Positions 50,001-62,000 of a DNA stretch of 64,000 nucleotides are shown here, one piece after another. Made by a program: the position numbers and the translations under genes. Each line of letters starts with the position of its first letter. Positions within the stretch are counted from its first letter, which is position 1. Source of the DNA: the human T2T-CHM13v2.0 reference genome, Homo sapiens; assembly GCF_009914755.1 (NCBI RefSeq), contig NC_060942.1. The stretch is one strand, 5' to 3'. The notes below the pieces were generated by a model that had not been told where the DNA came from, did no database searches, and saw nothing but the letters and a program-made list of their open reading frames with translations.

Positions 50001-53000
50001 ACATTTGGAGCGCTTTCAGGCCTACGTTGGAAAAGGAAATATCTTCCCATAACAACTAGACAGAAGCATTCTCAGAAACTAGTTTCTGATGTGTGTCCTC
50101 AACTAACACAGTTGAACATTTCTTTAGACAGAACAGTTTTGAAACACTCTTTTTGTGGAATCTGCAAGTGGCTATTTGGCTAGATTTGAGGATTTCGTTG
50201 GAAACGGGATTACATATAAAAAGCAGTCAGCGGCATTCTCAGAAAGTTCTTTGTGATGATTGCATTCAAGTCACAGAATTGAACATTCCCTTTCACAGAG
50301 CAGGTTTGAAACACTCTTTTTGTAGTGTGTGTAAGTGGACATTTGGAGCACTTACCGGCCTAAGGTGAAAAAGGAAATATCTTCCCATAAAAACTAGACA
50401 GAAGCATTCTCAGAAACTTACTCGTGATGTGTGTCCTCAACTAAAGGAGTAGAACCTTTCTTTTCATAGAGAAGTTTTGAAACGCTCTTTTTGTGGAATC
50501 TGCAAGTGGATATTTGGCTAGTTTTGAGGATTTCGTTGGAAGCGGGAATTCATACAAATTGCAGACTGCAGCGTTCTGAGAAACATCTTTGTGATGTTTG
50601 TATTCAGGACACAGAGTTGAACATTCCCTATCATAGAGCAGGTTTGAATCACTCCTTTTGTAGTATCTGGAAGTGGACATTTGGAGCGCTTTCAGGCCTA
50701 TGTTGGAAAAGGAAATATCTTCCCATAACAACTAGACAGAAGCATTCTCAGAAACTTATTTGAGATGTGTGTACTCAACTAAGAGAATTGAACCACCGTT
50801 TTGAAGGAGCAGTTTTGAAACTCTCTTTTTCTGGAATCTGCAAGTGGATATTTGGCTAGCTTTGGGGATTTCGCTGGAAGCGGGAATACATATAAAAAGC
50901 ACACAGCAGCGTTCTGAGAAACTGCTTTCTGATGTTTGCATTCAAGTCAAAAGTTGAACACTCCCTTTCATAGAGCAGTCCTGAAACACCCCTTTTGTAG
51001 TATCTGGAACTGGACTTTTGGAGCGATTTCAGGGCTAAGGTGAAAAAGGAAATATCTTCCCATAAAAACTGGACAGAAGCATTCTCAGAAACTTGTTTAT
51101 GCTGTATCTACTCAACTAACAAAGTTGAACCTTTCTTTTGATAGAGCAGTTTTGAAATGGTCTTTTTGTGGAATCTGCAAGTGGATATTTGGCTAGTTTT
51201 GAGGATTTCGTTGGAAGCGGGAATTCATACAAATTGCAGACTGCAGCGTTCTGAGAAACATCTTTGTGATGTTTGTATTCAGGACACAGAGTTGAACATT
51301 CCCTATCATAGAGCAGGTTGGAATCACTCCTTTTGTAGTATCTGGAAGTGGACATTTGGAGCGCTTTCAGGCCTATTTTGGAAAGGGAAATATCTTCCCG
51401 TAACAACTATGCAGAAGCATTCTCAGAAACTTGTTTGTGATGTGTGCCCTCTACTGACAGAGTTGAACCTTTCTTTTCATAGAGCAGTTTTGAAACACTC
51501 TTTTTGTAGAATCTGCAAGAGGATATTTGCATAGCTTTGAGGATTTCGTGGGAAACGGGATTGTCTTCAGGTAAAATCTAGACAGAAGCATTCTCAGAAA
51601 CTTCTTTGGGATGTTTGCATTCAAGTCACAGAGTAGAACATTCCCTTTGGTAGAGCAGGTTTGAAACACTCTTTTTGTAGTATCTGGAAGTGGACATTTG
51701 GAGCGCTTTCAGGCCCATGTTGGAAAGGGAAATATCTTCCCGTAACAACTAGGCAGAAGCATTCTCAGAAACTTATTTGAGATGTGTGTACTCAACTAAG
51801 AGAATTGAACCACCGTTTTGAAGGAGCAGTTTTGAAACACTCTTTTTCTGGAATCTGCAAGAGTATATTTGCCTAGCCTTGAGGATTTCGTTGGAAACGG
51901 GATTGTCTTCAGAGAAAATCTAGACAGAAGCATTCTCAGAAACTTCTTTGGGATGCTTGCATTCAAGTCACAGAGTAGAACATTCCCTTTGGTAGAGCAG
52001 GTTTGAAACACTCTTTTTGTAGTATCTGGAAGTGGACATTTGGAGCGCTTTCAGGCCTACGTTGGAAAAGGAAATATCTTCCCATAACAACTAGACAGAA
52101 GCATTCTCAGAAACTAGTTTCTGATGTGTGTCCTCAACTAACACAGTTGAACATTTCTTTAGACAGAACAGTTTTGAAACACTCTTTTTGTGGAATCTGC
52201 AAGTGGCTATTTGGCTAGATTTGAGGATTTCGTTGGAAACGGGATTACATATAAAAAGCAGTCAGCGGCATTCTCAGAAAGTTCTTTGTGATGATTGCAT
52301 TCAAGTCACAGAATTGAACATTCCCTTTCACAGAGCAGGTTTGAAACACTCTTTTTGTAGTGTGTGTAAGTGGACATTTGGAGCACTTACCGGCCTAAGG
52401 TGAAAAAGGAAATATCTTCCCATAAAAACTAGACAGAAGCATTCTCAGAAACTTACTCGTGATGTGTGTCCTCAACTAAAGGAGTAGAACCTTTCTTTTC
52501 ATAGAGAAGTTTTGAAACGCTCTTTTTGTGGAATCTGCAAGTGGATATTTGGCTAGTTTTGAGGATTTCGTTGGAAGCGGGAATTCATACAAATTGCAGA
52601 CTGCAGCGTTCTGAGAAACATCTTTGTGATGTTTGTATTCAGGACACAGAGTTGAACATTCCCTATCATAGAGCAGGTTTGAATCACTCCTTTTGTAGTA
52701 TCTGGAAGTGGACATTTGGAGCGCTTTCAGGCCTATGTTGGAAAAGGAAATATCTTCCCATAACAACTAGACAGAAGCATTCTCAGAAACTTATTTGAGA
52801 TGTGTGTACTCAACTAAGAGAATTGAACCACCGTTTTGAAGGAGCAGTTTTGAAACTCTCTTTTTCTGGAATCTGCAAGTGGATATTTGGCTAGCTTTGG
52901 GGATTTCGCTGGAAGCGGGAATACATATAAAAAGCACACAGCAGCGTTCTGAGAAACTGCTTTCTGATGTTTGCATTCAAGTCAAAAGTTGAACACTCCC

Positions 53001-56000
53001 TTTCATAGAGCAGTCCTGAAACACCCCTTTTGTAGTATCTGGAACTGGACTTTTGGAGCGATTTCAGGGCTAAGGTGAAAAAGGAAATATCTTCCCATAA
53101 AAACTGGACAGAAGCATTCTCAGAAACTTGTTTATGCTGTATCTACTCAACTAACAAAGTTGAACCTTTCTTTTGATAGAGCAGTTTTGAAATGGTCTTT
53201 TTGTGGAATCTGCAAGTGGATATTTGGCTAGTTTTGAGGATTTCGTTGGAAGCGGGAATTCATACAAATTGCAGACTGCAGCGTTCTGAGAAACATCTTT
53301 GTGATGTTTGTATTCAGGACACAGAGTTGAACATTCCCTATCATAGAGCAGGTTGGAATCACTCCTTTTGTAGTATCTGGAAGTGGACATTTGGAGCGCT
53401 TTCAGGCCTATTTTGGAAAGGGAAATATCTTCCCGTAACAACTATGCAGAAGCATTCTCAGAAACTTGTTTGTGATGTGTGCCCTCTACTGACAGAGTTG
53501 AACCTTTCTTTTCATAGAGCAGTTTTGAAACACTCTTTTTGTAGAATCTGCAAGAGGATATTTGCATAGCTTTGAGGATTTCGTGGGAAACGGGATTGTC
53601 TTCAGGTAAAATCTAGACAGAAGCATTCTCAGAAACTTCTTTGGGATGTTTGCATTCAAGTCACAGAGTAGAACATTCCCTTTGGTAGAGCAGGTTTGAA
53701 ACACTCTTTTTGTAGTATCTGGAAGTGGACATTTGGAGCGCTTTCAGGCCCATGTTGGAAAGGGAAATATCTTCCCGTAACAACTAGGCAGAAGCATTCT
53801 CAGAAACTTATTTGAGATGTGTGTACTCAACTAAGAGAATTGAACCACCGTTTTGAAGGAGCAGTTTTGAAACACTCTTTTTCTGGAATCTGCAAGAGTA
53901 TATTTGCCTAGCCTTGAGGATTTCGTTGGAAACGGGATTGTCTTCAGAGAAAATCTAGACAGAAGCATTCTCAGAAACTTCTTTGGGATGCTTGCATTCA
54001 AGTCACAGAGTAGAACATTCCCTTTGGTAGAGCAGGTTTGAAACACTCTTTTTGTAGTATCTGGAAGTGGACATTTGGAGCGCTTTCAGGCCTACGTTGG
54101 AAAAGGAAATATCTTCCCATAACAACTAGACAGAAGCATTCTCAGAAACTAGTTTCTGATGTGTGTCCTCAACTAACACAGTTGAACATTTCTTTAGACA
54201 GAACAGTTTTGAAACACTCTTTTTGTGGAATCTGCAAGTGGCTATTTGGCTAGATTTGAGGATTTCGTTGGAAACGGGATTACATATAAAAAGCAGTCAG
54301 CGGCATTCTCAGAAAGTTCTTTGTGATGATTGCATTCAAGTCACAGAATTGAACATTCCCTTTCACAGAGCAGGTTTGAAACACTCTTTTTGTAGTGTGT
54401 GTAAGTGGACATTTGGAGCACTTACCGGCCTAAGGTGAAAAAGGAAATATCTTCCCATAAAAACTAGACAGAAGCATTCTCAGAAACTTACTCGTGATGT
54501 GTGTCCTCAACTAAAGGAGTAGAACCTTTCTTTTCATAGAGAAGTTTTGAAACGCTCTTTTTGTGGAATCTGCAAGTGGATATTTGGCTAGTTTTGAGGA
54601 TTTCGTTGGAAGCGGGAATTCATACAAATTGCAGACTGCAGCGTTCTGAGAAACATCTTTGTGATGTTTGTATTCAGGACACAGAGTTGAACATTCCCTA
54701 TCATAGAGCAGGTTTGAATCACTCCTTTTGTAGTATCTGGAAGTGGACATTTGGAGCGCTTTCAGGCCTATGTTGGAAAAGGAAATATCTTCCCATAACA
54801 ACTAGACAGAAGCATTCTCAGAAACTTATTTGAGATGTGTGTACTCAACTAAGAGAATTGAACCACCGTTTTGAAGGAGCAGTTTTGAAACTCTCTTTTT
54901 CTGGAATCTGCAAGTGGATATTTGGCTAGCTTTGGGGATTTCGCTGGAAGCGGGAATACATATAAAAAGCACACAGCAGCGTTCTGAGAAACTGCTTTCT
55001 GATGTTTGCATTCAAGTCAAAAGTTGAACACTCCCTTTCATAGAGCAGTCCTGAAACACCCCTTTTGTAGTATCTGGAACTGGACTTTTGGAGCGATTTC
55101 AGGGCTAAGGTGAAAAAGGAAATATCTTCCCATAAAAACTGGACAGAAGCATTCTCAGAAACTTGTTTATGCTGTATCTACTCAACTAACAAAGTTGAAC
55201 CTTTCTTTTGATAGAGCAGTTTTGAAATGGTCTTTTTGTGGAATCTGCAAGTGGATATTTGGCTAGTTTTGAGGATTTCGTTGGAAGCGGGAATTCATAC
55301 AAATTGCAGACTGCAGCGTTCTGAGAAACATCTTTGTGATGTTTGTATTCAGGACACAGAGTTGAACATTCCCTATCATAGAGCAGGTTGGAATCACTCC
55401 TTTTGTAGTATCTGGAAGTGGACATTTGGAGCGCTTTCAGGCCTATTTTGGAAAGGGAAATATCTTCCCGTAACAACTATGCAGAAGCATTCTCAGAAAC
55501 TTGTTTGTGATGTGTGCCCTCTACTGACAGAGTTGAACCTTTCTTTTCATAGAGCAGTTTTGAAACACTCTTTTTGTAGAATCTGCAAGAGGATATTTGC
55601 ATAGCTTTGAGGATTTCGTGGGAAACGGGATTGTCTTCAGGTAAAATCTAGACAGAAGCATTCTCAGAAACTTCTTTGGGATGTTTGCATTCAAGTCACA
55701 GAGTAGAACATTCCCTTTGGTAGAGCAGGTTTGAAACACTCTTTTTGTAGTATCTGGAAGTGGACATTTGGAGCGCTTTCAGGCCCATGTTGGAAAGGGA
55801 AATATCTTCCCGTAACAACTAGGCAGAAGCATTCTCAGAAACTTATTTGAGATGTGTGTACTCAACTAAGAGAATTGAACCACCGTTTTGAAGGAGCAGT
55901 TTTGAAACACTCTTTTTCTGGAATCTGCAAGAGTATATTTGCCTAGCCTTGAGGATTTCGTTGGAAACGGGATTGTCTTCAGAGAAAATCTAGACAGAAG

Positions 56001-59000
56001 CATTCTCAGAAACTTCTTTGGGATGCTTGCATTCAAGTCACAGAGTAGAACATTCCCTTTGGTAGAGCAGGTTTGAAACACTCTTTTTGTAGTATCTGGA
56101 AGTGGACATTTGGAGCGCTTTCAGGCCTACGTTGGAAAAGGAAATATCTTCCCATAACAACTAGACAGAAGCATTCTCAGAAACTAGTTTCTGATGTGTG
56201 TCCTCAACTAACACAGTTGAACATTTCTTTAGACAGAACAGTTTTGAAACACTCTTTTTGTGGAATCTGCAAGTGGCTATTTGGCTAGATTTGAGGATTT
56301 CGTTGGAAACGGGATTACATATAAAAAGCAGTCAGCGGCATTCTCAGAAAGTTCTTTGTGATGATTGCATTCAAGTCACAGAATTGAACATTCCCTTTCA
56401 CAGAGCAGGTTTGAAACACTCTTTTTGTAGTGTGTGTAAGTGGACATTTGGAGCACTTACCGGCCTAAGGTGAAAAAGGAAATATCTTCCCATAAAAACT
56501 AGACAGAAGCATTCTCAGAAACTTACTCGTGATGTGTGTCCTCAACTAAAGGAGTAGAACCTTTCTTTTCATAGAGAAGTTTTGAAACGCTCTTTTTGTG
56601 GAATCTGCAAGTGGATATTTGGCTAGTTTTGAGGATTTCGTTGGAAGCGGGAATTCATACAAATTGCAGACTGCAGCGTTCTGAGAAACATCTTTGTGAT
56701 GTTTGTATTCAGGACACAGAGTTGAACATTCCCTATCATAGAGCAGGTTTGAATCACTCCTTTTGTAGTATCTGGAAGTGGACATTTGGAGCGCTTTCAG
56801 GCCTATGTTGGAAAAGGAAATATCTTCCCATAACAACTAGACAGAAGCATTCTCAGAAACTTATTTGAGATGTGTGTACTCAACTAAGAGAATTGAACCA
56901 CCGTTTTGAAGGAGCAGTTTTGAAACTCTCTTTTTCTGGAATCTGCAAGTGGATATTTGGCTAGCTTTGGGGATTTCGCTGGAAGCGGGAATACATATAA
57001 AAAGCACACAGCAGCGTTCTGAGAAACTGCTTTCTGATGTTTGCATTCAAGTCAAAAGTTGAACACTCCCTTTCATAGAGCAGTCCTGAAACACCCCTTT
57101 TGTAGTATCTGGAACTGGACTTTTGGAGCGATTTCAGGGCTAAGGTGAAAAAGGAAATATCTTCCCATAAAAACTGGACAGAAGCATTCTCAGAAACTTG
57201 TTTATGCTGTATCTACTCAACTAACAAAGTTGAACCTTTCTTTTGATAGAGCAGTTTTGAAATGGTCTTTTTGTGGAATCTGCAAGTGGATATTTGGCTA
57301 GTTTTGAGGATTTCGTTGGAAGCGGGAATTCATACAAATTGCAGACTGCAGCGTTCTGAGAAACATCTTTGTGATGTTTGTATTCAGGACACAGAGTTGA
57401 ACATTCCCTATCATAGAGCAGGTTGGAATCACTCCTTTTGTAGTATCTGGAAGTGGACATTTGGAGCGCTTTCAGGCCTATTTTGGAAAGGGAAATATCT
57501 TCCCGTAACAACTATGCAGAAGCATTCTCAGAAACTTGTTTGTGATGTGTGCCCTCTACTGACAGAGTTGAACCTTTCTTTTCATAGAGCAGTTTTGAAA
57601 CACTCTTTTTGTAGAATCTGCAAGAGGATATTTGCATAGCTTTGAGGATTTCGTGGGAAACGGGATTGTCTTCAGGTAAAATCTAGACAGAAGCATTCTC
57701 AGAAACTTCTTTGGGATGTTTGCATTCAAGTCACAGAGTAGAACATTCCCTTTGGTAGAGCAGGTTTGAAACACTCTTTTTGTAGTATCTGGAAGTGGAC
57801 ATTTGGAGCGCTTTCAGGCCCATGTTGGAAAGGGAAATATCTTCCCGTAACAACTAGGCAGAAGCATTCTCAGAAACTTATTTGAGATGTGTGTACTCAA
57901 CTAAGAGAATTGAACCACCGTTTTGAAGGAGCAGTTTTGAAACACTCTTTTTCTGGAATCTGCAAGAGTATATTTGCCTAGCCTTGAGGATTTCGTTGGA
58001 AACGGGATTGTCTTCAGAGAAAATCTAGACAGAAGCATTCTCAGAAACTTCTTTGGGATGCTTGCATTCAAGTCACAGAGTAGAACATTCCCTTTGGTAG
58101 AGCAGGTTTGAAACACTCTTTTTGTAGTATCTGGAAGTGGACATTTGGAGCGCTTTCAGGCCTACGTTGGAAAAGGAAATATCTTCCCATAACAACTAGA
58201 CAGAAGCATTCTCAGAAACTAGTTTCTGATGTGTGTCCTCAACTAACACAGTTGAACATTTCTTTAGACAGAACAGTTTTGAAACACTCTTTTTGTGGAA
58301 TCTGCAAGTGGCTATTTGGCTAGATTTGAGGATTTCGTTGGAAACGGGATTACATATAAAAAGCAGTCAGCGGCATTCTCAGAAAGTTCTTTGTGATGAT
58401 TGCATTCAAGTCACAGAATTGAACATTCCCTTTCACAGAGCAGGTTTGAAACACTCTTTTTGTAGTGTGTGTAAGTGGACATTTGGAGCACTTACCGGCC
58501 TAAGGTGAAAAAGGAAATATCTTCCCATAAAAACTAGACAGAAGCATTCTCAGAAACTTACTCGTGATGTGTGTCCTCAACTAAAGGAGTAGAACCTTTC
58601 TTTTCATAGAGAAGTTTTGAAACGCTCTTTTTGTGGAATCTGCAAGTGGATATTTGGCTAGTTTTGAGGATTTCGTTGGAAGCGGGAATTCATACAAATT
58701 GCAGACTGCAGCGTTCTGAGAAACATCTTTGTGATGTTTGTATTCAGGACACAGAGTTGAACATTCCCTATCATAGAGCAGGTTTGAATCACTCCTTTTG
58801 TAGTATCTGGAAGTGGACATTTGGAGCGCTTTCAGGCCTATGTTGGAAAAGGAAATATCTTCCCATAACAACTAGACAGAAGCATTCTCAGAAACTTATT
58901 TGAGATGTGTGTACTCAACTAAGAGAATTGAACCACCGTTTTGAAGGAGCAGTTTTGAAACTCTCTTTTTCTGGAATCTGCAAGTGGATATTTGGCTAGC

Positions 59001-62000
59001 TTTGGGGATTTCGCTGGAAGCGGGAATACATATAAAAAGCACACAGCAGCGTTCTGAGAAACTGCTTTCTGATGTTTGCATTCAAGTCAAAAGTTGAACA
59101 CTCCCTTTCATAGAGCAGTCCTGAAACACCCCTTTTGTAGTATCTGGAACTGGACTTTTGGAGCGATTTCAGGGCTAAGGTGAAAAAGGAAATATCTTCC
59201 CATAAAAACTGGACAGAAGCATTCTCAGAAACTTGTTTATGCTGTATCTACTCAACTAACAAAGTTGAACCTTTCTTTTGATAGAGCAGTTTTGAAATGG
59301 TCTTTTTGTGGAATCTGCAAGTGGATATTTGGCTAGTTTTGAGGATTTCGTTGGAAGCGGGAATTCATACAAATTGCAGACTGCAGCGTTCTGAGAAACA
59401 TCTTTGTGATGTTTGTATTCAGGACACAGAGTTGAACATTCCCTATCATAGAGCAGGTTGGAATCACTCCTTTTGTAGTATCTGGAAGTGGACATTTGGA
59501 GCGCTTTCAGGCCTATTTTGGAAAGGGAAATATCTTCCCGTAACAACTATGCAGAAGCATTCTCAGAAACTTGTTTGTGATGTGTGCCCTCTACTGACAG
59601 AGTTGAACCTTTCTTTTCATAGAGCAGTTTTGAAACACTCTTTTTGTAGAATCTGCAAGAGGATATTTGCATAGCTTTGAGGATTTCGTGGGAAACGGGA
59701 TTGTCTTCAGGTAAAATCTAGACAGAAGCATTCTCAGAAACTTCTTTGGGATGTTTGCATTCAAGTCACAGAGTAGAACATTCCCTTTGGTAGAGCAGGT
59801 TTGAAACACTCTTTTTGTAGTATCTGGAAGTGGACATTTGGAGCGCTTTCAGGCCCATGTTGGAAAGGGAAATATCTTCCCGTAACAACTAGGCAGAAGC
59901 ATTCTCAGAAACTTATTTGAGATGTGTGTACTCAACTAAGAGAATTGAACCACCGTTTTGAAGGAGCAGTTTTGAAACACTCTTTTTCTGGAATCTGCAA
60001 GAGTATATTTGCCTAGCCTTGAGGATTTCGTTGGAAACGGGATTGTCTTCAGAGAAAATCTAGACAGAAGCATTCTCAGAAACTTCTTTGGGATGCTTGC
60101 ATTCAAGTCACAGAGTAGAACATTCCCTTTGGTAGAGCAGGTTTGAAACACTCTTTTTGTAGTATCTGGAAGTGGACATTTGGAGCGCTTTCAGGCCTAC
60201 GTTGGAAAAGGAAATATCTTCCCATAACAACTAGACAGAAGCATTCTCAGAAACTAGTTTCTGATGTGTGTCCTCAACTAACACAGTTGAACATTTCTTT
60301 AGACAGAACAGTTTTGAAACACTCTTTTTGTGGAATCTGCAAGTGGCTATTTGGCTAGATTTGAGGATTTCGTTGGAAACGGGATTACATATAAAAAGCA
60401 GTCAGCGGCATTCTCAGAAAGTTCTTTGTGATGATTGCATTCAAGTCACAGAATTGAACATTCCCTTTCACAGAGCAGGTTTGAAACACTCTTTTTGTAG
60501 TGTGTGTAAGTGGACATTTGGAGCACTTACCGGCCTAAGGTGAAAAAGGAAATATCTTCCCATAAAAACTAGACAGAAGCATTCTCAGAAACTTACTCGT
60601 GATGTGTGTCCTCAACTAAAGGAGTAGAACCTTTCTTTTCATAGAGAAGTTTTGAAACGCTCTTTTTGTGGAATCTGCAAGTGGATATTTGGCTAGTTTT
60701 GAGGATTTCGTTGGAAGCGGGAATTCATACAAATTGCAGACTGCAGCGTTCTGAGAAACATCTTTGTGATGTTTGTATTCAGGACACAGAGTTGAACATT
60801 CCCTATCATAGAGCAGGTTTGAATCACTCCTTTTGTAGTATCTGGAAGTGGACATTTGGAGCGCTTTCAGGCCTATGTTGGAAAAGGAAATATCTTCCCA
60901 TAACAACTAGACAGAAGCATTCTCAGAAACTTATTTGAGATGTGTGTACTCAACTAAGAGAATTGAACCACCGTTTTGAAGGAGCAGTTTTGAAACTCTC
61001 TTTTTCTGGAATCTGCAAGTGGATATTTGGCTAGCTTTGGGGATTTCGCTGGAAGCGGGAATACATATAAAAAGCACACAGCAGCGTTCTGAGAAACTGC
61101 TTTCTGATGTTTGCATTCAAGTCAAAAGTTGAACACTCCCTTTCATAGAGCAGTCCTGAAACACCCCTTTTGTAGTATCTGGAACTGGACTTTTGGAGCG
61201 ATTTCAGGGCTAAGGTGAAAAAGGAAATATCTTCCCATAAAAACTGGACAGAAGCATTCTCAGAAACTTGTTTATGCTGTATCTACTCAACTAACAAAGT
61301 TGAACCTTTCTTTTGATAGAGCAGTTTTGAAATGGTCTTTTTGTGGAATCTGCAAGTGGATATTTGGCTAGTTTTGAGGATTTCGTTGGAAGCGGGAATT
61401 CATACAAATTGCAGACTGCAGCGTTCTGAGAAACATCTTTGTGATGTTTGTATTCAGGACACAGAGTTGAACATTCCCTATCATAGAGCAGGTTGGAATC
61501 ACTCCTTTTGTAGTATCTGGAAGTGGACATTTGGAGCGCTTTCAGGCCTATTTTGGAAAGGGAAATATCTTCCCGTAACAACTATGCAGAAGCATTCTCA
61601 GAAACTTGTTTGTGATGTGTGCCCTCTACTGACAGAGTTGAACCTTTCTTTTCATAGAGCAGTTTTGAAACACTCTTTTTGTAGAATCTGCAAGAGGATA
61701 TTTGCATAGCTTTGAGGATTTCGTGGGAAACGGGATTGTCTTCAGGTAAAATCTAGACAGAAGCATTCTCAGAAACTTCTTTGGGATGTTTGCATTCAAG
61801 TCACAGAGTAGAACATTCCCTTTGGTAGAGCAGGTTTGAAACACTCTTTTTGTAGTATCTGGAAGTGGACATTTGGAGCGCTTTCAGGCCCATGTTGGAA
61901 AGGGAAATATCTTCCCGTAACAACTAGGCAGAAGCATTCTCAGAAACTTATTTGAGATGTGTGTACTCAACTAAGAGAATTGAACCACCGTTTTGAAGGA